Assembly: GCA_963836185.1 (NCBI GenBank)
Contig: CAWIIQ010000001.1
Location: 485,597-549,596, forward strand
From: Candidatus Krumholzibacteriia bacterium
GTDB lineage: Bacteria > Krumholzibacteriota > Krumholzibacteriia > Krumholzibacteriales > Krumholzibacteriaceae
DNA length: 64,000 nt
Direction: 5' to 3'
Both the position numbers and the translations under genes were made by a program. The notes beneath the pieces are model-generated. The model saw nothing but the letters and a program-made list of their open reading frames with translations, ran no database searches and was not told where the DNA came from. Positions 49,690 through 59,426 of the stretch are shown here, piece after piece. Numbering within the stretch: position 1 is the first letter of the stretch; every line of letters starts with the position of its first letter.

Positions 49690-51336
49690 ATGATGTATAG
49701 AACGATGACTTTGATCCTTGCTGCTCTGCTTGTCTCTTCGCTCGCATGCTCCGAGCGGGAGTTCGGTGTTGCCGATGGCGCTCCGCGCGAGGTGTCGAAA
49801 CTCGAGATGCAGTCTATCGTGGAGTACCTCTCGAGCGACCTTCTCGAGGGGCGTGCTCCGGGGACCAGGGGAGGAGAACTCGCAGAGGAGTATATCCGCA
49901 GTCTCCTGAAATCTTACGATATAGAGCCGTACCAGGGTGAGTACTTCCAGGAGTTCGCTCTGTCCGGCTTTATCACTACGGATCTTGTTGTCGAGGCCAA
50001 CGGGGTGACGCTCGCTTTCCGTGACGACGTGGTCGGGAGCTTCACCAGGGTAGATCCCGAATTCGACATCAGCGGTCCGGCCGTATTCGTCGGCTTCGGA
50101 ATAAGTACCGGCACATGGTCGTGGGACGATTACAAGGACGTCGATGTGACGGGGAAGATCGTGATCTGCCGTGTAAACGAACCTGGACAGAACGATCCGA
50201 CCCTCTTCGAGGGAAACAACCTCACATATTACGGCCGGTGGACGTACAAGATCGAGGAGGCCGCCCGCAGGGGAGCGAAAGCGATACTTCTCGTTCACAC
50301 GGACCAGTCGGCCGGGTACGGATGGCATGTCGTGCGCAACTCGTGGGGAGGCGAAGAGCTTTACCTGGAGTCGGAGATCGATGACGATCTCATCTTCCGC
50401 GGATGGATTCGCGAGGAGAAACTCGACGACATGCTCCTGCCGACGGGAATATCGCTCGCCGACCTGCTCGCCGCATCGGAGAGCCGTGATTTCATCCCTG
50501 TCGACCTCAAGTTTGATATCGATATCTCGGGAAAGGGCGAATCGCGCAGCATCGATACGAGAAATGTCGTCGGGTACATCCCTGGAAGCGATCCGGCTCT
50601 GCGAGGCAGGGCGATCCTGCTCAGCGCCCATATCGACCACCTCGGGATGAGCGATACGGGGCAGGCAGAGGACAGGATCTACAACGGCGCTATCGACAAC
50701 GGATCGGCGGTGACCGCGATGATGCTGACGGCAAAACTGCTCAGGGAGCGCCACAAGCGCCTTAGATACTCCGTAATCATCCTCGCCTGCCAGGCGGAGG
50801 AGGCGGGCCTTCTCGGTTCGCTGTATTTCGCGAACACGATCGACCCAGCGGCGATCGTCTGCAACATCAACTACGAGTCATCGCCGGTATGGGGACCGGC
50901 CACCAGCCTGATGGGAGTGGGGTCGAAGTTCTCGACGATGGAGGAGCTCCTCACCGGAGTGGCCGACAGGATGGGGCTCGGATACTCCGAGTTTTCGATG
51001 TCGGACCGGGGATTCTTTTACCGGTCCGACCAGTTCAGTTTCGCGCGCAAAGGTATCCCGTCGATATGGATATCCGCGGGGCAGGATTTCGAGAGCGGGA
51101 CGAACCACCTCTACGAGTTCTTCGTCGGCGACTACCACACCGTCGACGACGAGTACGATCCCCAATGGGAGCTGGAGAGCCTTCGCCAGACGATCGAGGC
51201 GGCTGTACTTCTTGCGAACCGGATCAATATCGATACGCCGGAGATCATGTGGAAGGGTAAGCTGACTTTCCCCGTGGACGCAGACGCGAGGGCGATAGAG
51301 ATGGTTCCCGCAGAAGGAGATCAGGATGGCTCTTAA
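49690..51336 (+). CDS. M28-family metallopeptidase (lipoprotein) with a PA domain
   Basis: Lipobox 'LVSSLAC'. 'NVVGYIPG...ILLSAHIDHLG' and 'NGAIDNGSAVTAMMLTA' M28 zinc-ligand motifs. Confidence 0.75.
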   Translation: MMYRTMTLILAALLVSSLACSEREFGVADGAPREVSKLEMQSIVEYLSSDLLEGRAPGTRGGELAEEYIRSLLKSYDIEPYQGEYFQEFALSGFITTDLVVEANGVTLAFRDDVVGSFTRVDPEFDISGPAVFVGFGISTGTWSWDDYKDVDVTGKIVICRVNEPGQNDPTLFEGNNLTYYGRWTYKIEEAARRGAKAILLVHTDQSAGYGWHVVRNSWGGEELYLESEIDDDLIFRGWIREEKLDDMLLPTGISLADLLAASESRDFIPVDLKFDIDISGKGESRSIDTRNVVGYIPGSDPALRGRAILLSAHIDHLGMSDTGQAEDRIYNGAIDNGSAVTAMMLTAKLLRERHKRLRYSVIILACQAEEAGLLGSLYFANTIDPAAIVCNINYESSPVWGPATSLMGVGSKFSTMEELLTGVADRMGLGYSEFSMSDRGFFYRSDQFSFARKGIPSIWISAGQDFESGTNHLYEFFVGDYHTVDDEYDPQWELESLRQTIEAAVLLANRINIDTPEIMWKGKLTFPVDADARAIEMVPAEGDQDGS

Positions 51337-52024
51337 GACTATCGGGATGTTCGCCGGGATGAGCTGGGCCTCGTCTGTGGAGTACTACAGGATAATCAAC
51401 CGGACCGTCCAGGAGCGGATGGGGGGCAGCAATTCGGCGAAGATCATCATGAACAGCGTGAACTTCGCCGAGATGATCAGGCTTCGGGAGACCGGAGGCT
51501 GGGAAGCGGTGGGCGACGAGGTCGTCGATATCGCGATGCATGTCCAGGCAGCCGGCGCGGATTTCTTCATACTCGCGGTGAACACCGTTCATATCGTCGC
51601 CGATCGCGTGGAAGCGGCGCTCGACATACCCCTCCTTCACATAGCCGACGCTACCGCCGGAGCGATAAAGGCCGCCGGGATGAATAAGGTCGGGCTGCTC
51701 GGGACGAGGTACACGATGTGCGAGGATTTCTACCGCGTCAGGCTCGCTGAGAAACACGGCATCGATGTCGTCATCCCCGGTGAGGAGGATGTCGAGAGGA
51801 TCCACAGGATCATCCTCGATGAGCTCGTCATCGAGAAGTTCCTCGATGAGTCGAGAGACGCCTGTCTTGAAATGATCGACAGGCTCATAGCCGAAGGCGC
51901 CGAGGGGATCATCCTCGGGTGCACCGAGCTGCCGCTGCTTATCGAGGCGGAGCAGATCTCCGTGCCCTCATTCGATACGATGACGATACATGCCGTCGCC
52001 GCGGCCGAAAGATCGATGGAGTGA
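51326..52024 (+). CDS. aspartate/glutamate racemase-family protein (Asp racemase-like)
   Basis: 'KTIGMFAGMSWASSVEYYRIIN', 'FFILAVNTVHIVAD', 'GIILGCTELPLLI' (the two catalytic Cys regions, here C...T/C). Confidence 0.65.
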   Translation: MALKTIGMFAGMSWASSVEYYRIINRTVQERMGGSNSAKIIMNSVNFAEMIRLRETGGWEAVGDEVVDIAMHVQAAGADFFILAVNTVHIVADRVEAALDIPLLHIADATAGAIKAAGMNKVGLLGTRYTMCEDFYRVRLAEKHGIDVVIPGEEDVERIHRIILDELVIEKFLDESRDACLEMIDRLIAEGAEGIILGCTELPLLIEAEQISVPSFDTMTIHAVAAAERSME

Positions 52025-54050
52025 CCGGCCCGGTCACTTCTCCTTCGCGAACCTGTTGATCGAGTGGATCACCAGCGCCGGTGACTTTGCCCTCTGCGTC
52101 CTTGTCGAACGACATCTTGTTCTTCCCGAACTCATCTATCCAGATCCCTTCCTTGTCGGTCCGCTCGATGCCGATATCGGCCTTTTCCATCGGGTCGTTG
52201 ACCACCAGTCCGCCGTTTCTGTAGAAAACGGTGAAATCGGCGTTGACCTGGACGAGCCTGTATTTTCCGAGGTAAGGCCTGAACTCCTCAGGCACGTCAT
52301 CCGTCGATCTCCTCATGATCGGCATTTTTCGTGCATCGGGACGAGCTGGACAAGGCGCATCTCATCCGCTGTTCCGGATTCTCCCATGTCGAACTCGAAA
52401 TGGATCCTGTGGCCTATCATGCTCTTCCATTTGCCGTCTTCGCCGGGGTCCTGCAGCGGGAAGACCGCGGTGCCCGGTATCTCGACTGCGAGCGAGCCGT
52501 CACGTACAATTGCCGTTACGACATTACCGTTACTGGTATTTCTGTATTTGCCGAGGTATGGAGCGTAACGCGCCATCCGCCGCTGCCGCGTCACCTGTCT
52601 CCTCATCCCCGCGTACCCGGTGATCGAGTACCTTCAGTTCCCTCGGCCCGAACGAGATCGTCGACGATACCCAGTCGCTTATTCGGAGATGCCCCGAGTC
52701 GACAAAGTCTATCTCGAAGGCTGTGCAGTCGACGGGGACCCAGCCTGCCTCGCCCATGTAGATCTCGTTCCAGGCATGCTGGCCGAATTTGCCTCCCGAG
52801 ACGTACATGCATCCCCAGACTACCCGTGCGGGGATGCCGACGGACCGGCAGAAGGAGGCGAGCAGGAGTGAATGACCGCCGCATTCCCCCGCCTTTATGT
52901 CATAGACCTTCCTCGGCAGCCCGCCGCCGGGGATCGCGTAATCGATATTTTCGGCGACCCAGAGGCTGAGCCGTTTTGCCGCTTCCCATGAATCCTCGGC
53001 TCCCTCGGTGAGCTCGATTGCTTTCTTCGTGAGGACAGGATCATCGGCAACTACGTGATTGTTACTTTTGAGGTATTCAGCGATCGGATCGTCATCTTCG
53101 AAGCGGGGAGGGAAGGGGGGAGCGCCCGCTCCATCGTATCTCGGATGCTCGATCTCGAAGACGCCGTCGATGATATTTTCCGTCACCGTTCCTTCGAACT
53201 TCTGCCCCGGGACGTTCAGGCTCTCGGGAGTGGGCCGCGCTCCGCTAGGCTCCAGTATGGCCTGGACCTTCATATAGGTGATTCCGTGGTAGTCAGTGAT
53301 ATTTACCCCTGCGTCGGCCATGATGTTGCCGTCGAGCGAGGCGACCTCTATTTTCTTCTTTATCGATTTGTCGGCAAGAAATGAGTAACGGTCCTGCATA
53401 GCCTGTGTCTTGAGGATCATTCCCGTTTCCGTATCGATCCAGAAGGTCGTTTTCAAACCGGAGTCATTGTCGAACCTGTCGAGGACCATGGCGTCGTACT
53501 TGTTCCCGGCCAGTTTCAGCTTCTCAGTATCCGCTTTTGTATAAGTCACACTGTGGACCTCGGAATCCCTGACTTCGTAGTTGTTGAAAGACTTCTCTGA
53601 GAGGCCATCGTCTACAAAAGCTTTTTTCAGGTGCGGGAAAAAGAGTGTGTTCTCGAGGATGGTCCCTTCCGGCAGGAATGTGACACCGGTGTCGTCATCG
53701 AGCATCGAGTTGAAACGGGCCGAATCTCCGTCGACATGTACCGCTCCGCCGTAGTGTTGGCCGCCCTGTTTGATGTCGCTGTCATGATAGACGAAGTTCC
53801 CTGTTACAGGATCGATATGGTATGTGAATCTCATCTTCGAATCGAAGGTGCTTCCCAGGGCGGAGAGCTTCATGGTAAATGACTGTTCGAGCAGGATCAG
53901 CTTTGCGCCGTCCTTTTCGATCTCCGAGGTCTGTACTCTCGAGTACCCGCAGACCACCCCGGCGATCTCGACGCCATAGTAGTATTCCTCAGCCCGCGCC
54001 GGCGCTGCCGTGACGAGTATCAGGATAAGCAGAGTGATGACCTGTTTCAT
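51939..54050 (-). CDS. secreted transglutaminase-like cysteine-protease-fold protein with two C-terminal about 80-aa repeat domains; the C-terminal region is frameshifted twice
   Basis: 52530..54050: signal plus 'GECGGHSLLLASFCRSVGIPARVVWGCMY...GQHAWNEIYMGEAGWVPVDCT' (Cys-His-Asp core). The repeats 'YAPYLGKYRNTSNGNVVTAIVRDG...' and 'FRPYLGKYRLVQVNADFTVFYRNG...' are found in shifted frames at 52313..52606 and 51939..52325. Confidence 0.55.
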
Positions 54051-54121
54051 GATTTTCCCCTCCCGTGAACGAATGAGTGATTGATGATGCTTGCATGTAT
54101 ACTACATCGGTAACTTAAGGA

Positions 54122-54745
54122 TTATTCAGATTCCTTCTCCGGGCCTGCGAGGATCTCGATGACCCCGTTTTCTGTCAGCAACTCGACGAGGTCTCTTATT
54201 TCGGGCTTATAGGACTCATCGATACCGGCCTTGTCCATTATCGAGGCGGTGCTCATCATCGCCGCGTTTGGAAAAGGGAGGTGGAAGAGGAACGATCCCT
54301 GGGCGTTCGTAAGGCTTATCTTCCTCTCCTTCCTGTCCCGGCCCACACCGGTCCAGACGGTCACCGAACTTATGCGGTTCCCGCCCCTTGCCGTAGTGAA
54401 CATCGCGCCGGAGTTTTTCATCTCTCGTATGACCGTTCCCGTCTCTTCCCCGGGGCCGTCCCCGGCGATTTCCTCGAGGTCTATTTCCATAGATATTTTT
54501 GACTGGGAGAGGGTGTAACGATAGTATGGCCTCTTCTTCTCGTAGACCTCCTCCTTCGAGAGGATGCCGAGCGATTCCATCGCCTCGAGGAAGTCCTGAG
54601 CGGTGCGGATATGAAGGCCGAGCCTCGATGCCGCCTCCGAGGCGGAGATGTCGCGATACTTGGCGAGCAGGTCGAACATATCCCGGGCATAGTCCTTCGA
54701 GATGTATGTGCCGAGTTTTGCCGCTGTCGCAAAATCCATGATCAA
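54122..54745 (-). CDS. winged-helix (ArsR/MarR-like) DNA-binding-domain protein with a C-terminal extension
   Basis: 'ISASEAASRLGLHIRTAQDFLEAMESLGILSK' HTH-like. 207 aa. Confidence 0.4.
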   Translation of the reverse strand: MIMDFATAAKLGTYISKDYARDMFDLLAKYRDISASEAASRLGLHIRTAQDFLEAMESLGILSKEEVYEKKRPYYRYTLSQSKISMEIDLEEIAGDGPGEETGTVIREMKNSGAMFTTARGGNRISSVTVWTGVGRDRKERKISLTNAQGSFLFHLPFPNAAMMSTASIMDKAGIDESYKPEIRDLVELLTENGVIEILAGPEKESE

Positions 54746-54760
54746 GCCGTGCTTTCCTGT

Positions 54761-55627
54761 CTATGACATGATGCCGATTTTTACGGAGTTAAGCCTGTCG
54801 ATGATACGGACCGTCATGTCCCTTCTGTACAGGTCGAGAAAATCGATATACACGCCGGCCAGCGACTCGCAGAGCTGATTGAAAGAGAGGTCGTCGCGGT
54901 AGAGATAGTAGTCTTCCTTCGATATATTGACGGTGACGTTTCCCTCCGAGTCGAAGCAGACCCATGTGTCTTTCGAGATGTTCCGCGAGACGTTCCAGAG
55001 ATGGAAGTACTCCTTGCCCATCCTTACCGGGACGAGATAGACCTTCTCCGGTTCGATATAGGGAAGGGAGATCATATGCCTGCCGCAGAATCTCGCAAAC
55101 CCGAGGATCTCTCCCCAGTCGTAATCGGCCTTGCCCGATGGATAGGGCCGTTCGGTGAAGCCGTCGCCCAGCTCATCGACCGGCGCTGCGGCGAGCTCGA
55201 GGATGTCGCGCCCGCGCCACTTCGCCCTGCGCGTGACCATCATGTAGATCAGCACCCCAATGCATGGAAGTGTCAGGACCTTGAAGAAATTGAATATCGT
55301 CCTGTCCCTGAATCCAAAGACGCTGTCGGGCGCACTGGCCAGAGCCAGCGTCGCTATGAGAAGGTATACGAAAGATGCGATGTATGACAGCGCTCCCGAT
55401 CTTCGCTGGGCTGCGAGAGCGAAGCCGGTGAATCCGGTGAATATGATCGTGGCGGTGAACGCAACGCCGCGCCTTCCGAAGATGACAGCGGCAAGAGCTA
55501 TCACCACAAGTGACACAAAGGCCGGCAGCAGACCTGTGAGCGAATAGTCGGGTTTGAGCTTCTTTTCCTGGGGCATACCTTTCACCTCGCTGAATACTGG
55601 TTTCGCGCTCTCGAACCGTATTGTCAT
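54761..55627 (-). CDS. integral membrane protein of unknown function (four or more TM helices plus a cytoplasmic domain)
   Basis: Hydrophobic segments 'LLPAFVSLVVIALAAVIF', 'AFTATIIFTGFTGFALAA', 'YIASFVYLLIATLALA', 'LTLPCIGVLIYMMV'. Sits 16 bp upstream of the wHTH gene. Confidence 0.45.
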   Translation of the reverse strand: MTIRFESAKPVFSEVKGMPQEKKLKPDYSLTGLLPAFVSLVVIALAAVIFGRRGVAFTATIIFTGFTGFALAAQRRSGALSYIASFVYLLIATLALASAPDSVFGFRDRTIFNFFKVLTLPCIGVLIYMMVTRRAKWRGRDILELAAAPVDELGDGFTERPYPSGKADYDWGEILGFARFCGRHMISLPYIEPEKVYLVPVRMGKEYFHLWNVSRNISKDTWVCFDSEGNVTVNISKEDYYLYRDDLSFNQLCESLAGVYIDFLDLYRRDMTVRIIDRLNSVKIGIMS

Positions 55628-55795
55628 GTCGATTCCTTTTCTGTGAAGTGCTCCTGATTACGTTGTTGTTAATGCTGTTGCATACTTCAAACAAAGTGAA
55701 GTATACAGATATTGAATTATGTTGTCAAGGGGGTAGCATCTTTTTGTCCCGCATAACGGCTGATATGTCAGGTGTTCGTCTGAAGCCATATCCCG

Positions 55796-55824
55796 TTGAA
55801 GAAAGGGGATATACGTGGTATAAT
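55796..55824 (+). promoter_or_regulatory. sigma70-type promoter TTGAAG-17-TATAAT with an extended -10 TG
   Basis: cccgTTGAAGaaaggggatatacgTGgTATAATgcg, about 55 bp upstream of the 55880 start. Confidence 0.45.
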
Positions 55825-55879
55825 GCGACCCGGCTAGAATCATGAAAAAATATATCCGGCATCGCTTCGAGGGGCAGTC

Positions 55880-56503
55880 TTGTCCCGGAAGGAGAGATTT
55901 ATGCGAAGAGATAGAGTAGGCCGCACCGCGGCCAGCCTGATCGTGCTGTCGCTTGTCCTGGCAGCGGCGCTCCTGCAGCCGCCAGGGCAGGCCGCGGCAG
56001 AAGAGGAGAAGGCTCCGGGGAATGTTGCTGAGAGTTCTTCATACAGTCTCAGCCGGGCCGTCTTCGGTTCAGCCGGCCGGCAGTCTTCAGGGGCGGCTTA
56101 CTCGATAAACGGCACACTCGGGCAGCCGCATCCGGTCGGGTCCGTCTCCGGTACGAACTACGGGATGTTCGCCGGATTCTGGAGCTGGATCGATCCTGTC
56201 GCTACAGGCACGGACGATATGCCTCTCGCGTTCAGACTCTCCCAGAACTATCCAAACCCGTTCAATCCAGTTACGACAATAGACTATTCGATATCAGAGA
56301 AGGTTCCGGTCGACCTGGTGATATTCGATGTGTCCGGCCGCAGGGTTCGGACGCTTGTCAGGGAGAAGCAGCTTCCGGGCGGTTACTCGGTCGTCTGGGA
56401 CGGCCGCAATGACGGAGGCAGCCCCGTTGCGTCAGGAATCTATTTCTATCGGCTGGCCGCCGGCAGAAACAGCGGTGTAAAAAAGATGGTCATCCTGAGA
56501 TAG
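55880..56503 (+). CDS. small secreted protein with a T9SS sorting CTD
   Basis: Signal peptide. CTD 'NYPNPFNPVTTIDYSI...IYFYRLAAGR...KKMVILR'. Confidence 0.65.
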   Translation: MSRKERFMRRDRVGRTAASLIVLSLVLAAALLQPPGQAAAEEEKAPGNVAESSSYSLSRAVFGSAGRQSSGAAYSINGTLGQPHPVGSVSGTNYGMFAGFWSWIDPVATGTDDMPLAFRLSQNYPNPFNPVTTIDYSISEKVPVDLVIFDVSGRRVRTLVREKQLPGGYSVVWDGRNDGGSPVASGIYFYRLAAGRNSGVKKMVILR

Positions 56504-56516
56504 GGAGGAAAGAGCG

Positions 56517-59333
56517 ATGAGTAAAACTATCAAGGTTCTGGCGCTGATGACCGGGATGATTGTTCTCACCGTCTCGGTGAGCGCGCAGATACCCGGGCGC
56601 ATCAATTACCAGGGACTTGTCGTGGACAAAGAGACGGGCGAAAGCCTCGAGGGGCCGGTGGTCCTGACTTTCAGGCTGTTCAAGCTGGATGATTGCGACA
56701 CCGGCACCCAGTCAGATGCGTTTTGGTCCGAGATACATACCTCGGTCGATCTGGACAACGGGATATTCAGCGTCATGCTCGGAAGTGTGACGGCCTTTCC
56801 CGACAGCCTTAAATTCGACGAGGAGTATTGTCTCGGCATCGAACTGGATGGAGAGGAACTGCTGCCGCGGCAGCCTCTCTCATCGGTCGCCTATGCGATG
56901 AATTCTCTTCGGGCAGATACGGCGCTGACGGTCCTCGAGTATCCCTCTCACAACCACAACGATCTGTACTACACCGAAGCGGAACTCAACACCGCCGGGA
57001 CGCTGAACGATCCTGCGAACCCGGTTGACTGGACGAACCTGAAGAACGTTCCGGCTGATTTTGCCGACGGGATAGATAATACATCCGCGGGGGGATTCCT
57101 CGAGGTCCTCGCTGGAGAGGGGCTTTCGGAAGAGGTGCTTGGGGACACCAAGGTCCTCTCCGTCACGCCCGGCGGGATCCAGGAGACGATGCTCGCAGAC
57201 AGCGCGGTCACCGGGGACAAGATCCGCAGCAACTCGATCACTTCCTCGCAGATCGCCTCCGGTGCGGTCACCGCAAGCGAGATAGCTTCCGGGACTATCA
57301 CCTCCGCGCAGATAGCGGCGAGCACGATCACGGCAGCCGAGATCTCCGGCAATACGATAACCGCGGCTCAGATCTCTCCTGCCGCGATCACCGCCAACGA
57401 GATATCCGGCAACACCCTTACGGCCGATCAGCTGGCGACGGCCGCGGTCGACAGCGATGAGCTTGCCGACAGTTCTGTCACGACTGAAAAGATAGCCCCG
57501 GATGCCGTGACGGGAGCCGAGATTGCGGACAATGCGGTGACCACTTCGGAAATAGCCGACGGCACGGTCATGTTCGGTGATATCGGGCAGAACGGAGCCT
57601 CGGCAGGCCAGGTGATGATGTGGAACGGCTCGGCCTGGGTGCCTGACGACGACAGCGAAGGCGGAGTCGGGGACATCACTTCCGTTACGGCAGGCGCCGG
57701 ATTGAGCGGCGGCGGGGACACCCTTGATGTGACGCTTGCCGTCGATTTTGCCGGTACAGGTACCGTCGATTCAGTGGCTAGAAGCGACCACGGCCACGAT
57801 CTGACTTATGTGAACGAAGGACAGATCGATGCGGTCAGCGGCGCGATGATCGTAGACGGGACGATCGGTTTCGAGGATATCGCTCAGAACGGAGCATTGG
57901 CCGGCCAGGTGATGAAGTGGGACGGTCTGGCCTGGGCCGCGGCGGATGATTCTGTCGGTGCCGGTGGATCCGGCAGCGGGGGATGGGCCGACGACGGGTC
58001 CGTTGTCAGGCTCGAGGCCGGCATCGATTCCGTGGGGATCGGGACGGCAATGCCGACGGAGAAACTCGATGTAGTCGGAAACATGCGCGTGAGTGGAACG
58101 GCTGTGACCGGACCGGGGCATAACATCCACCCCGGCGGTAACGGCATCAATATTACCGGGGAGAATCACGAGGCGGATGGCGACAATGTCATAATAGGCG
58201 GAGGTTCGGAGAACCAGGCGCATGGCGATCATACGACGGTCGCGGGCGGCTGGCAGAATACTGCCGATAGCGACTTCGCGACAGTCGGAGGAGGGACATT
58301 GAACAGGGCCCTCGGAATGTATTCGGTCGTATCCGGTGGCGGAGGAGAATACTCCCACGAGGAAAACAGGGCGGAAGGCAATTACTGCGTGATCGGGGGA
58401 GGGAGTCAGAACAGGGCCGGGAGTACCTCAAGTCCCGAGGAGGATTATTACTACGCTACCGTCAGCGGAGGGCAGGACAACCGGGCAGAGAGAAGATACT
58501 GTACTGTGGGAGGGGGCCAGGAAAACAGAGCGAGTGAAGAGTACGCGACAGTCGGCGGCGGCAGGCAGAACACCGCAGAGGGGAGATCGACAGTCGGGGG
58601 CGGCAGCAACAACATGGCTCTTAACGGAAACAGCACCGTCGCGGGCGGTATGGACAATACAGCGCATAATGGTGCGACAGTCGGCGGCGGCAGTAATAAC
58701 CTCGCCAGCGGGGACGGATCGACGATTCCAGGAGGGCGAGAGAACGAAGCGACTGAAACCGGCACATTTGCCGCCGGATCGATGGCTAGAGCGAGGCACG
58801 AGGGCTCGTTTGTCCTCGCGGCGAGCTGGCCGTCGAGTGGTGACGATACGATCTCTACAGGAGGGGACGAGCAGTTCGTCATCCGTGCCGACGGGGGGAT
58901 CTACCTGACGAACACGAGCGAGCAGGCGACCTACAACCCCACGAGGTTAATAAATACTTCGACCGGAGCATATCTCGCCAATGACGGTACATGGCACGAC
59001 TCATCTGACCGGAACCTTAAGGAGAATTTCGAGCCGGTCGACGGTGAGGAACTACTCGAGAAGATCTCCGAACTTCCCGTCACGAAGTGGAACTACAAGA
59101 TCGACGATGGGAAAGCATCGCACATCGGCCCCGTAGCGCAGGACTTTTACTCGATCCTTGGCATAGGCAGCGACGACAGGACGATTGCCGCCCTTGACGA
59201 GGCAGGCGTATCTCTCGCCGCGGTCCAGCAGCTCTACCTGAGATCGAAGGGCCAGGAGAGCGAGATTGAGGACCTGAGAAATGAGATCAGTGAGCTGAAG
59301 AAGCTCGTCAGGACGTTGTTGGACAAAGAATAA
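56517..59333 (+). CDS. secreted tail-fibre/tailspike-like protein with a C-terminal S74 intramolecular-chaperone (auto-processing) domain
   Basis: Signal peptide. Long runs of 'S.I.SGA.T.SEIA.GT.T...I' and 'TVGGG..N.A.G..STV.GG..N' beta-helix-like repeats. C-terminal 'NFEPVDGEELLEKISELPVTKWNYKIDDGKASHIGPVAQDFYSILGIG...' plus coiled coil, as in endosialidase/tail-fibre chaperone domains. Confidence 0.6.
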   Translation: MSKTIKVLALMTGMIVLTVSVSAQIPGRINYQGLVVDKETGESLEGPVVLTFRLFKLDDCDTGTQSDAFWSEIHTSVDLDNGIFSVMLGSVTAFPDSLKFDEEYCLGIELDGEELLPRQPLSSVAYAMNSLRADTALTVLEYPSHNHNDLYYTEAELNTAGTLNDPANPVDWTNLKNVPADFADGIDNTSAGGFLEVLAGEGLSEEVLGDTKVLSVTPGGIQETMLADSAVTGDKIRSNSITSSQIASGAVTASEIASGTITSAQIAASTITAAEISGNTITAAQISPAAITANEISGNTLTADQLATAAVDSDELADSSVTTEKIAPDAVTGAEIADNAVTTSEIADGTVMFGDIGQNGASAGQVMMWNGSAWVPDDDSEGGVGDITSVTAGAGLSGGGDTLDVTLAVDFAGTGTVDSVARSDHGHDLTYVNEGQIDAVSGAMIVDGTIGFEDIAQNGALAGQVMKWDGLAWAAADDSVGAGGSGSGGWADDGSVVRLEAGIDSVGIGTAMPTEKLDVVGNMRVSGTAVTGPGHNIHPGGNGINITGENHEADGDNVIIGGGSENQAHGDHTTVAGGWQNTADSDFATVGGGTLNRALGMYSVVSGGGGEYSHEENRAEGNYCVIGGGSQNRAGSTSSPEEDYYYATVSGGQDNRAERRYCTVGGGQENRASEEYATVGGGRQNTAEGRSTVGGGSNNMALNGNSTVAGGMDNTAHNGATVGGGSNNLASGDGSTIPGGRENEATETGTFAAGSMARARHEGSFVLAASWPSSGDDTISTGGDEQFVIRADGGIYLTNTSEQATYNPTRLINTSTGAYLANDGTWHDSSDRNLKENFEPVDGEELLEKISELPVTKWNYKIDDGKASHIGPVAQDFYSILGIGSDDRTIAALDEAGVSLAAVQQLYLRSKGQESEIEDLRNEISELKKLVRTLLDKE

Positions 59334-59426
59334 AGGCTTGATAGACAAAGGGTTACATTCCTCCGCGTTTTTCCCGTTGTAATAACTGATAATAATTAGT
59401 GTATTATTATACGTGGCCTGATTATC

